In this document: positions 49,180 to 59,257 of the stretch, in pieces
Layout: each line of letters begins with the position of its first letter
Numbering within the stretch: position 1 is the first letter of the stretch
Assembly: GCA_002011125.2 (NCBI GenBank)
Contig: MTMF02000009.1
Location: forward strand, 192,001-256,000
Source of the DNA: Candidatus Hydrothermarchaeum profundi
GTDB lineage: Archaea > Hydrothermarchaeota > Hydrothermarchaeia > Hydrothermarchaeales > Hydrothermarchaeaceae
DNA length: 64,000 bases
Direction of reading: 5' to 3'
The notes under the pieces: model-generated
Told to the model about the DNA's origin: nothing
Databases searched by the model: none
The model's input: the letters and a program-made list of their open reading frames with translations, nothing else
Made by a program: the position numbers and the translations under genes

Positions 49180-50913
49180 ATGAAAGCTGAAACACATTTA
49201 GATGTAATGCTTAATAACTTGGGCGATGGCTCGCTAGAAGAACGCTTTATCAGGGCTAAGAAGACTTTCTTATTAGAAAAACTTGGCAATCTGCAAGAGG
49301 AGCTTGAGAGAAAGGGAGTGGCACAGGACCTGAGATTTTTGATAATGATGCTCTACATATTTGACTTTATAGAAAGAGAAGTCGGAGTGAAATACGCAGC
49401 CGAAATTTTAGACTCTCTCAAGCATAGTGACTGGCCATTTGAATATTTTAAACCCCTATTGCGAAAGGATAATCTCGGAAAAAAAATCGAGGTAGGAGTC
49501 GACCTTAACTATAGGAAGCTAGATCCCACTACCAAAGAAAAAACCGTTGAACTCGTCCATAAATTATGGAGAGACCTACGTCTCTCTGGAAACTTCTCAG
49601 AGGATATCAGTAGAATTATAGAGGATAAAAAAAAGAAATACCGGGCACTATCCTCAGAAATAGAAAAACTGCGGCGTGAGATAGTTACATATTTGACAAG
49701 TGTTAACGCCAAAAAAACAGAGATTAAACTCTTTAATATTGGCATCGTTCCCACCGAACTATGCCCAAATAGCTGTAGATTTTGTCTCGCAGCATGGAAG
49801 ACCAGAACAAGCGAAAGGATCTCAAGACTCTTAAGTGATGAAGATTTTAAACAACTTGCTGACCAGATAATAGACTACGCAAATGAGAAGAAAGTGGTCA
49901 TAACCATTACTGGAGGCGAGCCTCTTCTTGAATTGGATAGAGTCCTCTATATTATAAGCAAAGCGGATACCAGGGTCGACCTCTCCACCAGTGGTTTTTG
50001 GGGCGGTGACAAGGAAGAGGCAACAATGATACTCTCAAAGATCGAAAGGGCTATAAAAAATAATAGAAATACCGACTTTAGATTCTACCTCCAGATAAGC
50101 CTAGATTACTTCCACCAAGAGGTGCGGCTGGAAAATGGAGAACTACGCGAAAATATCCCTCTCTCTAATATCATCAATATAATAGAACTCTGCCAAACAA
50201 AATTCACAGATATACGGATATGCCCTATCACTAAATACACTATCTATGAAGACCCATTAGCGTACCTAATTAAGGAGCTTAAAAGTAGAGGATGGAAAGT
50301 AGAACTCTATGAGAAAAAATATGACCTCCGCTTCCAAGTGCCTGTAATCGTAGACGATAAGTTAGTTAGAAAACCCGCATTGCTGATGGCGAAGCTCAGA
50401 GTTGGCAAAGGAAAGCCTCTTCTCATATCCTACTCGGCTGTTGAGAGAATAGGAAAAGCTGAAGCCTTAGAAAAGTTTGAGTACCCAACATTTGAAAGTG
50501 ACGCAGAAAAATTTTTAGAAGGTGAAGCCAGCGGGAAATTTCCAATAACGGGTATTGAAGTCAGCGATGATGGCAATGTATACCCTGGAGCCCATTCTTT
50601 ATACTCTTGGTCGCTTGGTAACCTTTTGGAAACCGATTTAAAAAACATACTTGAGATAGCAGAGCACGACCCCCTAATTATATACCTTCAAAGCAATCCG
50701 AGAAGAATAGTTGAATTCGCTCTAGAATATGACCCTAAAATTGTAGACAAAGCTAAATCCTCATCTTCTCCTATGGCAGCAGTATTTAAAATCCTTGAAA
50801 CACCCGAAGCTAGACTTAGCATTACAAGAATGATTATTGAAAAAGATCAAGAGTATGGTAGAAAAATTAAAAAAGAGATTAAAAATATGAAAACAAAAAC
50901 TTCCTTTAATTAA
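49180..50913 (+). CDS. Radical SAM protein with long N-terminal helical extension
   Basis: CPNSCRFC, ITGGEPLL, STSGFW, ISLDYFHQE. Confidence 0.85.
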   Translation: MKAETHLDVMLNNLGDGSLEERFIRAKKTFLLEKLGNLQEELERKGVAQDLRFLIMMLYIFDFIEREVGVKYAAEILDSLKHSDWPFEYFKPLLRKDNLGKKIEVGVDLNYRKLDPTTKEKTVELVHKLWRDLRLSGNFSEDISRIIEDKKKKYRALSSEIEKLRREIVTYLTSVNAKKTEIKLFNIGIVPTELCPNSCRFCLAAWKTRTSERISRLLSDEDFKQLADQIIDYANEKKVVITITGGEPLLELDRVLYIISKADTRVDLSTSGFWGGDKEEATMILSKIERAIKNNRNTDFRFYLQISLDYFHQEVRLENGELRENIPLSNIINIIELCQTKFTDIRICPITKYTIYEDPLAYLIKELKSRGWKVELYEKKYDLRFQVPVIVDDKLVRKPALLMAKLRVGKGKPLLISYSAVERIGKAEALEKFEYPTFESDAEKFLEGEASGKFPITGIEVSDDGNVYPGAHSLYSWSLGNLLETDLKNILEIAEHDPLIIYLQSNPRRIVEFALEYDPKIVDKAKSSSSPMAAVFKILETPEARLSITRMIIEKDQEYGRKIKKEIKNMKTKTSFN

Positions 50914-51079
50914 TTTAATACCTTGTAATGGTTTATGCTCTACTCATTGGTTGACTTTTATAATTCCAGTCACACCTATCAAGATAAGTATACCTGAGTA
51001 TGGGACTTCCAAGAGTATTCGTCTAACCGATATAACAGCAACATTATACAGTAAGATAGTAAACCTATAAAAGCAACTC

Positions 51080-51736
51080 TTGTCTAAGAAATCTATTATG
51101 ATTGACCTGAATTTCCTGTTATACTCCTTTATAGCATTATTCATTATAGTAGATCCCATAGCAAACGTTCCAATATTCATGGGCATCCTCTCAGACTTCA
51201 ATAGGGAAACTCGCCGGGAAATTGTTAAAAAGTCGGTTATTATTGCAACGATAACTCTTGTGATCTTTACCATATCAGGAGAGTTTGTATTCCGTTATCT
51301 GCATATTGAAATATACTCTTTCAGAATAGCCGGTGGATTTCTATTATTTATAATTGCAATTGAAATGCTCTTTGGAAAGCGGACAGGTACTGTGAGTAGT
51401 ACAGAAGAAGAAGAGGAAGCAAGGGTTAAAGAAGACGTAGCAATAACTCCCTTAGCAGTTCCTTTACTCTCAGGACCTGGTGCTATTACTACAAGTATCG
51501 TACTATTTAACTCAGCTCAAGGAATTAGTGAACGTTTCATTGTCTTATTTGATATTGGAGCTGTATTCTTTATCTCCTATTTTATTCTATCTAGATCTGA
51601 GAAGGTTTTCGATGCTTTAGGTTACACGGGAACTAGAGTGATAGTGAGGATTATGGGTCTTCTACTAGCGTCCATAGCAATTCAGTTCATTATCACAGGG
51701 ATAAAGGAAGCATTCTTAGGAATAGGCCACGTATAG
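51080..51736 (+). CDS. marC: MarC-family membrane protein
   Basis: IVDPIAN, FRIAGG, PLAVPLLSGPGAIT, RIMGLLLA. Confidence 0.92.
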   Translation: MSKKSIMIDLNFLLYSFIALFIIVDPIANVPIFMGILSDFNRETRREIVKKSVIIATITLVIFTISGEFVFRYLHIEIYSFRIAGGFLLFIIAIEMLFGKRTGTVSSTEEEEEARVKEDVAITPLAVPLLSGPGAITTSIVLFNSAQGISERFIVLFDIGAVFFISYFILSRSEKVFDALGYTGTRVIVRIMGLLLASIAIQFIITGIKEAFLGIGHV

Positions 51737-51799
51737 AAGCTACTAGCCCGGGTCAACTATTACCGATAACGTTTTATTGAAGGCTTAAAAACTAGTTCT

Positions 51800-53779
51800 A
51801 TGGAACAAAAAGAGTTCCACGAAGTAGTATCAATAAACGAAGCTAAGCGTCTACTTTACTCTAACTATACGCCTACTCCGACATTTGAGGAAGTAGATCT
51901 GGGGGAGGCTCTTGGCAGAGTTTTATTTGAAACTGTAGTTGCCCCGATAGATGTTCCGCCTTTCGACCGGGCGGCGATGGATGGATACGCAGTAAGAGCT
52001 AAGGATACATTTTATGCGGATGAAGAAAACCCTGCCGAACTGCGAATTCTCGGCTACATTCAAGCTGGTGATAGCCCAAAAGTAGTGGTGGAAGAAAACA
52101 CGTGTGTAGGTATAGCGACCGGCGCCCCCATGCCGAAGGGAGCTAATGCGGTTGTTATGGTAGAGTACACTGATAGAGAAAAAGATATTGTAAAAGTTTA
52201 TCGCCCAGTCGCACCTGGAGAAAATATAATGTCAGCTGGGTCTGATATAATGCGAGGTGAAACTGTTCTAAGAAGGGATACGGTATTATCTCCAAGGGAA
52301 ACTGGAGTGCTCGCAGCATTAGGGTTAAAGAAAATTAAAGTTTATAGAAGACCGCAGGTCGGGGTACTATCTACCGGGAATGAAATAGTGGAGCCCGGCT
52401 CTAAGCTGGAGTATGGAAAAATCTATGATGTAAACTCCCGGGCAATAATTGATGCTGTAATTGAAAATGGAGGGGACGCAAAATTTTTCGGCATAGTTAG
52501 GGACGACCCTGCGCTATTACGCAGAAAATTAAAAGAAATGTTGGAATGCGACATAATAATTACGTCTGGAGGAACCTCTGCGGGAGTAGGAGATTTGTTA
52601 TATAAAGTAATTGATGACTTAGGATCACCGGGTATTATTGCTCATGGGATCGCCGTTAAACCGGGAAAACCTACGATTATAGGAGTTCTAAATAATAAAC
52701 CTCTCTTTGGTCTTCCAGGATATCCAACATCCGCTATGGTGATTTTCGATGTATTCGTTGCTCCTTTGATAAGGAGATTGGCGGGTTTGGTTGAGAGGGA
52801 AAGAAAAAAAATAGAAGCAAAGACTGCTATGCGCCTATTCTCGGCTAAAGGAAGATATGAATACATGCTTGTAAACTTGGTCAAAAGTTCTGCAGGGGAA
52901 TATAGCGCTTATCCTATATTGACTGGATCAGGTGCTATAACAACCTTGGCGGAGGCTGATGGTTACCTTGAAGTTCCAGAAAATACTGAGATAATCCCGG
53001 AAGACAGCTTGGTTAAGGTCTCCCTTCTTAGCGATATAATAAAACCTGCGGATCTAACTATAATTGGGAGCCATTGCATAGGAGTAGACCTCATACTAAA
53101 CCTTTTAAATAAGAAGACTCAAATTCAAGCAAAGGTTATTAATGTGGGCTCTTCTGGCGGATTAGCTGCAGTAAAGCGGGGTGAATCAGATATATCGGGA
53201 AGCCATCTTATAGACGAGAAAACTGGTGAGTATAACATTCCGTTTTTAAAGAAATTTGGCATAGAGAGTACAGCTTATGTTGTTAGAGGCTACGATAGAG
53301 AACAAGGTTTCGTTATTACAAAAGGGAATCCCAAGAAAATTACTGGAATTGAGGATCTCGCTCGGGATGATATTTTCTTTATAAATAGAAACCCTGGTTC
53401 AGGCACTAGAGTGTTGTTGGATATGGAATTGAAAAAATTTGCTTCTGAGAAAGGATTAGAGTTCAATGCCCTTATTAAGAAAATAAGAGGATATGAGATA
53501 GAAGCTAAGTCTCACAGTGCAGTAGCCGCTGCAGTAGCGTACGGCAAGGCTGATGTAGGATTAGCAATAAAAACAGTGGCAGAACAATACGGCCTAGACT
53601 TCTTACCGCTAAGAGAGGAAAAATATGACTTTGTTATACCTAAAGCTAAGATTAATAAGGTATCTGTGCAAAAGTTTATTGAAATTCTAAATTCTGATGA
53701 ATTTAAAGATGTGCTTAGGAGAATCCCTGGCTTGAAACCTAATAATAAAACAGGAATGATTATACATGAACCCCAATGA
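51800..53779 (+). CDS. moeA: MoeA fused to periplasmic-binding-protein-like domain (archaeal MoeA-PBP)
   Basis: MoeA motifs plus GSHC, GSSGGL, FINRNPGSGTR C-terminal domain. Confidence 0.93.
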   Translation: MEQKEFHEVVSINEAKRLLYSNYTPTPTFEEVDLGEALGRVLFETVVAPIDVPPFDRAAMDGYAVRAKDTFYADEENPAELRILGYIQAGDSPKVVVEENTCVGIATGAPMPKGANAVVMVEYTDREKDIVKVYRPVAPGENIMSAGSDIMRGETVLRRDTVLSPRETGVLAALGLKKIKVYRRPQVGVLSTGNEIVEPGSKLEYGKIYDVNSRAIIDAVIENGGDAKFFGIVRDDPALLRRKLKEMLECDIIITSGGTSAGVGDLLYKVIDDLGSPGIIAHGIAVKPGKPTIIGVLNNKPLFGLPGYPTSAMVIFDVFVAPLIRRLAGLVERERKKIEAKTAMRLFSAKGRYEYMLVNLVKSSAGEYSAYPILTGSGAITTLAEADGYLEVPENTEIIPEDSLVKVSLLSDIIKPADLTIIGSHCIGVDLILNLLNKKTQIQAKVINVGSSGGLAAVKRGESDISGSHLIDEKTGEYNIPFLKKFGIESTAYVVRGYDREQGFVITKGNPKKITGIEDLARDDIFFINRNPGSGTRVLLDMELKKFASEKGLEFNALIKKIRGYEIEAKSHSAVAAAVAYGKADVGLAIKTVAEQYGLDFLPLREEKYDFVIPKAKINKVSVQKFIEILNSDEFKDVLRRIPGLKPNNKTGMIIHEPQ

Positions 53780-54779
53780 GCCTCCAGAACAGTTATGGGA
53801 GATGATTAGCGAAATAAATAACGATTTTAAATCTGACATGAGTTACATCGAGGAAGAACTTACTTGCTGTATCCTAAATTCATATCCAAGTGTTCTATAT
53901 AACGCGTCTAAGCATTTAATAGTGACTGGCGGTAAGAGGATTCGGCCAGCTCTAACCACACTTTCTTATCGAGCGGTGGCTATGGAGGGGAATGTAGGAT
54001 ATATTGCTCCACTCGCCATCGCATTAGAGCTAATTCACACAGCTACTATTATACACGATGATATTATTGATAAGAGTTCAATGCGTAGAGGCGTGCCAAC
54101 TGTAAACGAAAAATGGGGAAATGAAACAGCACTTTTAGCCGGCGACCTTATCTTCTCGAAGGCTTTTGGACTTGTTGGAAAATACGAGAAAAAAGAAATT
54201 ATAGACATAATATCCAACGCATGTATAAGATTAGCAGAGGGGGAGATGCTAGAGACAGAGCATACCGGTAATATGAATATGACAGAGGAAGTCTACTTGG
54301 AGGTTATCGAAAGAAAAACGGCGGCCTTATTTGAAGCTTGCACAAAATGCGCTGCAATACTAGGTGATGGAACACCTGAAGAAATAGATGCCCTCTCAAG
54401 ATTTGGGTATTTGAGCGGTATCGGTTTCCAAATGACCGATGATATATTGGATATCGTATCGGGAGAGACTATTTTAGGGAAGCCTATAGGTGCTGATGTA
54501 ACTCAAGGCAGACCCACTTTCGTGATATTACATGCTTTAAAGGTCGCCGGAGAGGAAGAAAAAGAAATTTTAAAAGATGTTATTACAGGTAAAAAACTCT
54601 CAAAAGATGAAGTAAAAACAGCTTTACAGATCATAAATGAAAATTCGATAGAATACGCTAAAAAGAGAGCAAAGTCAATAATAGAAAAAGCTAAAAAAGA
54701 GTTAAGAGTGCTTAAAGATTCTAGTGCTAAAAAATCCCTAGAAATAATTGCTGACTATGCCATAAGCCGGAGCTTTTGA
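53766..54779 (+). CDS. Polyprenyl diphosphate synthase (GGPP synthase-like)
   Basis: GGKRIRP, HDDIID..RRG, KTAALF, FQMTDDILD. Confidence 0.92.
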   Translation: MNPNEPPEQLWEMISEINNDFKSDMSYIEEELTCCILNSYPSVLYNASKHLIVTGGKRIRPALTTLSYRAVAMEGNVGYIAPLAIALELIHTATIIHDDIIDKSSMRRGVPTVNEKWGNETALLAGDLIFSKAFGLVGKYEKKEIIDIISNACIRLAEGEMLETEHTGNMNMTEEVYLEVIERKTAALFEACTKCAAILGDGTPEEIDALSRFGYLSGIGFQMTDDILDIVSGETILGKPIGADVTQGRPTFVILHALKVAGEEEKEILKDVITGKKLSKDEVKTALQIINENSIEYAKKRAKSIIEKAKKELRVLKDSSAKKSLEIIADYAISRSF

Positions 54780-57034
54780 GTTGCGATGGCTGCCTGTCCT
54801 AGTGAAATCCCGCCATCACCACATGGAACTTCCTCATGTATATAAAAATATAACCCGCTTTCTTCAACCTTCTTTTTTATATACCTCACAATGGCTTCAT
54901 TATAGGAAACCCCACCAGAAATCCCTACCGATTGAATCTTCTCTTTTTTGGCGGTTCTTAAAGCCATATCAACCAGGCCATATGCAATTGCTCTCTGTGC
55001 TGACGCAGCAACATCTTTTAATGAGTATTCTTCTTTAAGACACAAAAGTGAGTCTATAACCGCTGTTGTATCAAAGATATACTTTCCGTCTTGCAATGTA
55101 ATTCTTACAGGTATTTCAAGGTTATCACTACCACCGTATGCTAAGGACTCAAGCTTCATAGCAGGCTCTCCCTCGTATGTTCTTTCATAACATACCCCTA
55201 GCAAAGTAGAAATTGCGTCCAGCACTCTACCAGCACTAGTAGTTAAAGGCGTGTTAAACCTTTTCTCGATTTGTTTTAGAACTAGGTCCACTTCGTCTCT
55301 ACTTCTAAAACCCTTAGCAACATTCTTTAGTAAAATCTCCTTAAGTTCATCAGGAGGATATTTATTATAAAGTATTCCTGCTACCATTCTAGCAGGAAAT
55401 CTAGTAGCTAAGTCTCCTCCTGGCATTATCTGTGGTAAAAGATGCCCTGTTCTCTTAAACCCTTCTGGATCCACAAGCAATATTTCCCCACCCCATACTG
55501 TCCCATCAACTCCAAATCCAGCTCCATCTACTGCTATCCCCACCATTCTATCTATACCTTTCTCAGCCATCAAAGACGCTATATGAGCGTGATGATGTTG
55601 GCATTCCACCACTACTGCGTCGAATCTTTCAGCTATCTCTCTGCCTAGCCTAGAGGTGTTAAAACTGGGATGCATATCCACCGCTACTGCATCGATTTCC
55701 TCAATTTTTACAAGTTTAAGGAGGTTATACACCGCACTTTCTAGGTATTCCAGCGTATTCGGCTTAGTTGTATTTCCTATATACTGAGTAAGGAAACACC
55801 TATCATTTTTCAAAATACATGCGACAACGTCAAGTTCAGGACCTAAAGCTATAACATTCGCTCCCCCCTGAGATATTCTTATATGCCTTGGAACAAATCC
55901 CCTAGACCTTCTTAAAAAAATAGGCCTCCCACATATTAGTTTTATAACAGAGTCATCGCATCTATTCTGAATTCTTCTATCATGTATTAGCGAATAATCA
56001 GCTTCTAAGGATAAGACCTCCTCGTCCTTTATCGCCATCGGTTCCCCGGGCAAGTTAGCAGATGTCATTAAAAAAGCAGGCTCATTAGAGTAATAGAACA
56101 AAAGATAATGGATACCCGAGTAAGGTAGCATGACACCGATATTATGCAATCCGGGAGAGATATAATTAGACACAGTGCCCTTCTTGCGCAGTAGAAGTAT
56201 TGGCCTCTGATATGAACTTAAAAGCTCCTCTTCTTTTTTATTAAGATATGCTATACTCTTTACAGCGGAAATATTTCTAGCCATCACTGCGAAAGGCTTT
56301 TCTTTTCTACCCAATATCTCCCTAATTCTCAAAATAGGTTCATCATCAGTTATCTTAGCTGCTAGATGTGTTCCCCCAACGCCTTTTATCGCTAGGATTC
56401 TGCCTTCATCAAGGATTTTACCTGACTTTCGAATGGCATTATCAGAAACTGCGATTTTTCTCTTTTTCTCATATAGAGCATATTTAGGACCGCATTGAGG
56501 GCAGCATATCGGTTCAGCACGAAACCTCCTGTCAGTAGGTTCTAAGTACTCCTCCTTGCACTTAGAGCACATAACGAATTCTCTCATAGTGGTCTTCTCT
56601 CGATCATAAGGAAGGCCTTCAATTATTGTAAATCTAGGACCACAATCAGTACAAACGGTGAAGGGATATAAGTATCTTCTATTTTTTTCTTCAAAGATTT
56701 CCATAACACATTTATCACAGACACATACATCAGGAGGAATATCAGACCCGCCTTCGCCCTTTCCCTCGCTACTAAGGATGTAAAAATCATCAAACTTTTT
56801 ATCTTCCGAGTATTTAGCATTAATAGAGAAGATCTCGGCTAAAGGCGGATGCTCGTTTTTTATTATCTTAATTAAACCATCCATCTCCTTTCTTTCACCA
56901 TCTACTAAAATCTCAACACTATTACCTACATTTCTTACAAAACCTCTTAGGTTCTTTTCTTTAGCTATCCTATAAACAAAGGGGCGGAACCCTACCCCCT
57001 GTACTACTCCCTTTACGATAATCCGGTAGGCCAT
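54755..57034 (-). CDS. hypF: [NiFe]-hydrogenase/CODH maturation carbamoyltransferase HypF
   Basis: GVVQGVGFRPF, CTDCGPRF zinc fingers, QHHHAH, DGGISLGQ. Confidence 0.96.
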   Translation of the reverse strand: MAYRIIVKGVVQGVGFRPFVYRIAKEKNLRGFVRNVGNSVEILVDGERKEMDGLIKIIKNEHPPLAEIFSINAKYSEDKKFDDFYILSSEGKGEGGSDIPPDVCVCDKCVMEIFEEKNRRYLYPFTVCTDCGPRFTIIEGLPYDREKTTMREFVMCSKCKEEYLEPTDRRFRAEPICCPQCGPKYALYEKKRKIAVSDNAIRKSGKILDEGRILAIKGVGGTHLAAKITDDEPILRIREILGRKEKPFAVMARNISAVKSIAYLNKKEEELLSSYQRPILLLRKKGTVSNYISPGLHNIGVMLPYSGIHYLLFYYSNEPAFLMTSANLPGEPMAIKDEEVLSLEADYSLIHDRRIQNRCDDSVIKLICGRPIFLRRSRGFVPRHIRISQGGANVIALGPELDVVACILKNDRCFLTQYIGNTTKPNTLEYLESAVYNLLKLVKIEEIDAVAVDMHPSFNTSRLGREIAERFDAVVVECQHHHAHIASLMAEKGIDRMVGIAVDGAGFGVDGTVWGGEILLVDPEGFKRTGHLLPQIMPGGDLATRFPARMVAGILYNKYPPDELKEILLKNVAKGFRSRDEVDLVLKQIEKRFNTPLTTSAGRVLDAISTLLGVCYERTYEGEPAMKLESLAYGGSDNLEIPVRITLQDGKYIFDTTAVIDSLLCLKEEYSLKDVAASAQRAIAYGLVDMALRTAKKEKIQSVGISGGVSYNEAIVRYIKKKVEESGLYFYIHEEVPCGDGGISLGQAAIATQKLRLMA

Positions 57035-57149
57035 TATTATTAGATTAGGAAGGGAGTATATGAAATTTTAGAACGAATTATCAATAGTAGATATATTCCA
57101 ATAAACACGTCTCCGAAAAGATTAAAAGATAAAAATTCAACTCAAAAGC

Positions 57150-58157
57150 ATGAAGATAACTATTAACCACGGTGCGGGAGGGGAACTAATGGACCAACTC
57201 ATAACTCGCAGCATCTTATCCCTAATCACTAAAAAAAGTATAGGTGAAGTAGGCCTTGAAGACCTTGATGATGGAGCATCTATTTCTCTTGGTGAGAAAG
57301 AACTAGTACTTACCACAGATGCCCATACAGTAAAGCCTATATTTTTCCCTGGAGGTGATATAGGGAGGTTATCTATATGCGGAACCGTCAACGACCTATC
57401 AGTTATGGGCGCTAAGCCTATAGCTATAGCCTGTGCGCTTATTATAGAGGAGGGGTTCTCCCTAGAGAAGCTAGAGAAAATAATTAGATCCATGGATAAA
57501 GCCGCTAGAGAAAGTGGAGTTTCCATAATAACAGGGGACACTAAAGTTATGGAGAGAGGATCTATAGATGAAATCGTAATTACAACTACAGGTGTTGGAA
57601 TTGCAAATAAACTCATACGAGACACGGGACTTAAGGTTGGAGATAAAATAATACTCACTGGTACAATAGGAGACCATGGCATATCCTTGATGTCATTCCG
57701 AGAAGGGTTTGGGTTTGAAACTTCTTTAAAGTCAGATATTGCTCCCCTGTGGAGCATGATAGAAAAAGCTCTAAAAGTTGGGGGAGTAACGGCCATGAAG
57801 GATCCTACGAGAGGAGGTTTATCAGCGGCCTTGAATTCTTGGGCTAGAAAGAACTCTGTGGGACTAATGATACATGAGCAGGAAATCCCTCTCAAAAAAG
57901 AAGTTGTAGCAGCCTCGGAGATGTTAGGAATAGATCCTTTTTCTGTGGCAAATGAAGGTAAGGCAATTATTGCTGTAGATCCATCCAAAGCTGAGGAAGT
58001 TCTTCATGTATTGAGATCAGATAAATTAGGAAAAGACGCACAGATAATTGGCGAGGTAATATCCAAGCATAAAGGTAGAGTAATACTAGAAACTGTAGTG
58101 GGCGGAAAAAGGATACTAGAACCTCCGATAGGTGACCCAGTACCTAGAGTCTGCTAA
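57150..58157 (+). CDS. hypE: Hydrogenase maturation protein HypE
   Basis: HGAGG, GTVNDL, DPTRGG, C-terminal PRVC. Confidence 0.96.
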   Translation: MKITINHGAGGELMDQLITRSILSLITKKSIGEVGLEDLDDGASISLGEKELVLTTDAHTVKPIFFPGGDIGRLSICGTVNDLSVMGAKPIAIACALIIEEGFSLEKLEKIIRSMDKAARESGVSIITGDTKVMERGSIDEIVITTTGVGIANKLIRDTGLKVGDKIILTGTIGDHGISLMSFREGFGFETSLKSDIAPLWSMIEKALKVGGVTAMKDPTRGGLSAALNSWARKNSVGLMIHEQEIPLKKEVVAASEMLGIDPFSVANEGKAIIAVDPSKAEEVLHVLRSDKLGKDAQIIGEVISKHKGRVILETVVGGKRILEPPIGDPVPRVC

Positions 58158-58165
58158 ATATTTTC

Positions 58166-59164
58166 TTAAATATCTACAGACATGTTTAAAGATATCTCAG
58201 CGATGTCGCTACAGTAGCTGAGAATTCTTCCTAGACTGTCTATTATGGATTTTCTATGAATCATAGAAGAAGGATTAGTTTTGATTTGAACCAACTTATT
58301 TGATAGCTTACCATGATTTGCTCTTGCTTTTTTCAGACTGAGAAATACATCTTCTGCCGAAGATTTTTCTCTATTGAAGATAGATAAAGACGAAGAATCA
58401 TAAATTACTGCTACTTCTCTAGCTAACTCTACAAAATCCTCTATGTCAGGGTTCTCCTCTACTTCAACGAGTGAGACATAGCTCTTAGCTATATTTTCTA
58501 TGTGATCCGCAATCCTCTCTAAACTTTTGACCATTATTCTATATCCAAGACTATCCCTTTGATTACCTATTGAGAGTTTCTCCGCAACTTGAGGATACTG
58601 GACAGCACTTTTCAACTGTCTAACAACTAAAAAATAAAGCCTATCAACTTCTTTCTCACGAGCTATGATATCTCTAGCAAGCTCGGGATCTCCTGTTTCC
58701 ATAACCTTTATTATATCATTAAGCATGGACTTATTTATAAGATGAATTCTTTCTAACACTTTTAGAGTTGGCATCCTCTTATCATCAAGCAATATCTCCA
58801 TAGTAATCGAGTTACCAAGGTCTTCAACTATCTCAACTCCAACCAAGTAGTCCAAGACTTTCCTAGCGCTCTGTTTAAATCTCCCAGGATCTTTGTCTAG
58901 CTTTATCTTGAGAGTATCGCACCCAATTAGATAATATGCGATTATAAGTCTTTCAAATGCTTCTCTTGAGGGCAACTGAGAAGTTTTTATTTCTACTATA
59001 TTCTCTCCCCGCTCATGAACACTCGATTCAATAAGTAAGGACCCGGATTGTTGTGTTATAACAAGAGAATCCCCCGCCTTTATATTGTTTTTTTCTACCC
59101 ATTTTTTTGGTAAGGATATAACGTAGGTCGAACCTCCCGTTTTATATACCTTCCTTACTTCCAT
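58166..59164 (-). CDS. phoU: Archaeal phosphate uptake regulator (AbrB + PhoU domains)
   Basis: RKVYKTGGSTYVISLPKKW AbrB domain; EVDRLYFL, LERIADH PhoU repeats. Confidence 0.92.
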   Translation of the reverse strand: MEVRKVYKTGGSTYVISLPKKWVEKNNIKAGDSLVITQQSGSLLIESSVHERGENIVEIKTSQLPSREAFERLIIAYYLIGCDTLKIKLDKDPGRFKQSARKVLDYLVGVEIVEDLGNSITMEILLDDKRMPTLKVLERIHLINKSMLNDIIKVMETGDPELARDIIAREKEVDRLYFLVVRQLKSAVQYPQVAEKLSIGNQRDSLGYRIMVKSLERIADHIENIAKSYVSLVEVEENPDIEDFVELAREVAVIYDSSSLSIFNREKSSAEDVFLSLKKARANHGKLSNKLVQIKTNPSSMIHRKSIIDSLGRILSYCSDIAEISLNMSVDI

Positions 59165-59168
59165 TTTT

Positions 59169-59210
59169 CTATATCTCCATATTCTATATAGTTTCTATAT
59201 AGTCTATATA
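59169..59210. promoter_or_regulatory. Tandem CTATATAG palindromes, candidate operator of phoU/pst divergon
   Basis: CTATATAG at 59184-59191 and 59195-59202, partial copies at 59169 and 59204; TATA-like TATATAAA at about 59225. Confidence 0.45.
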
Positions 59211-59257
59211 TTATTTGGAAAAAGTATATAAATATTATTATAGAATTTATCCAATTG

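Noticed and set aside
41889-53779. Two moeA genes as a novelty
   Set aside because: A MoeA plus MoeA-PBP pair is common in archaea.
57137-57988. 283-aa - strand ORF and other long antisense ORFs (e.g. 36729-37409, 48314-48865, 16675-17157, 28935-29393)
   Set aside because: Overlap well-supported genes on the opposite strand and have Ser/Ile/Phe-rich shadow composition with no motifs.
54755-58157. hypF/hypE without hydrogenase structural genes
   Set aside because: Scattered hyp genes are normal in archaea.
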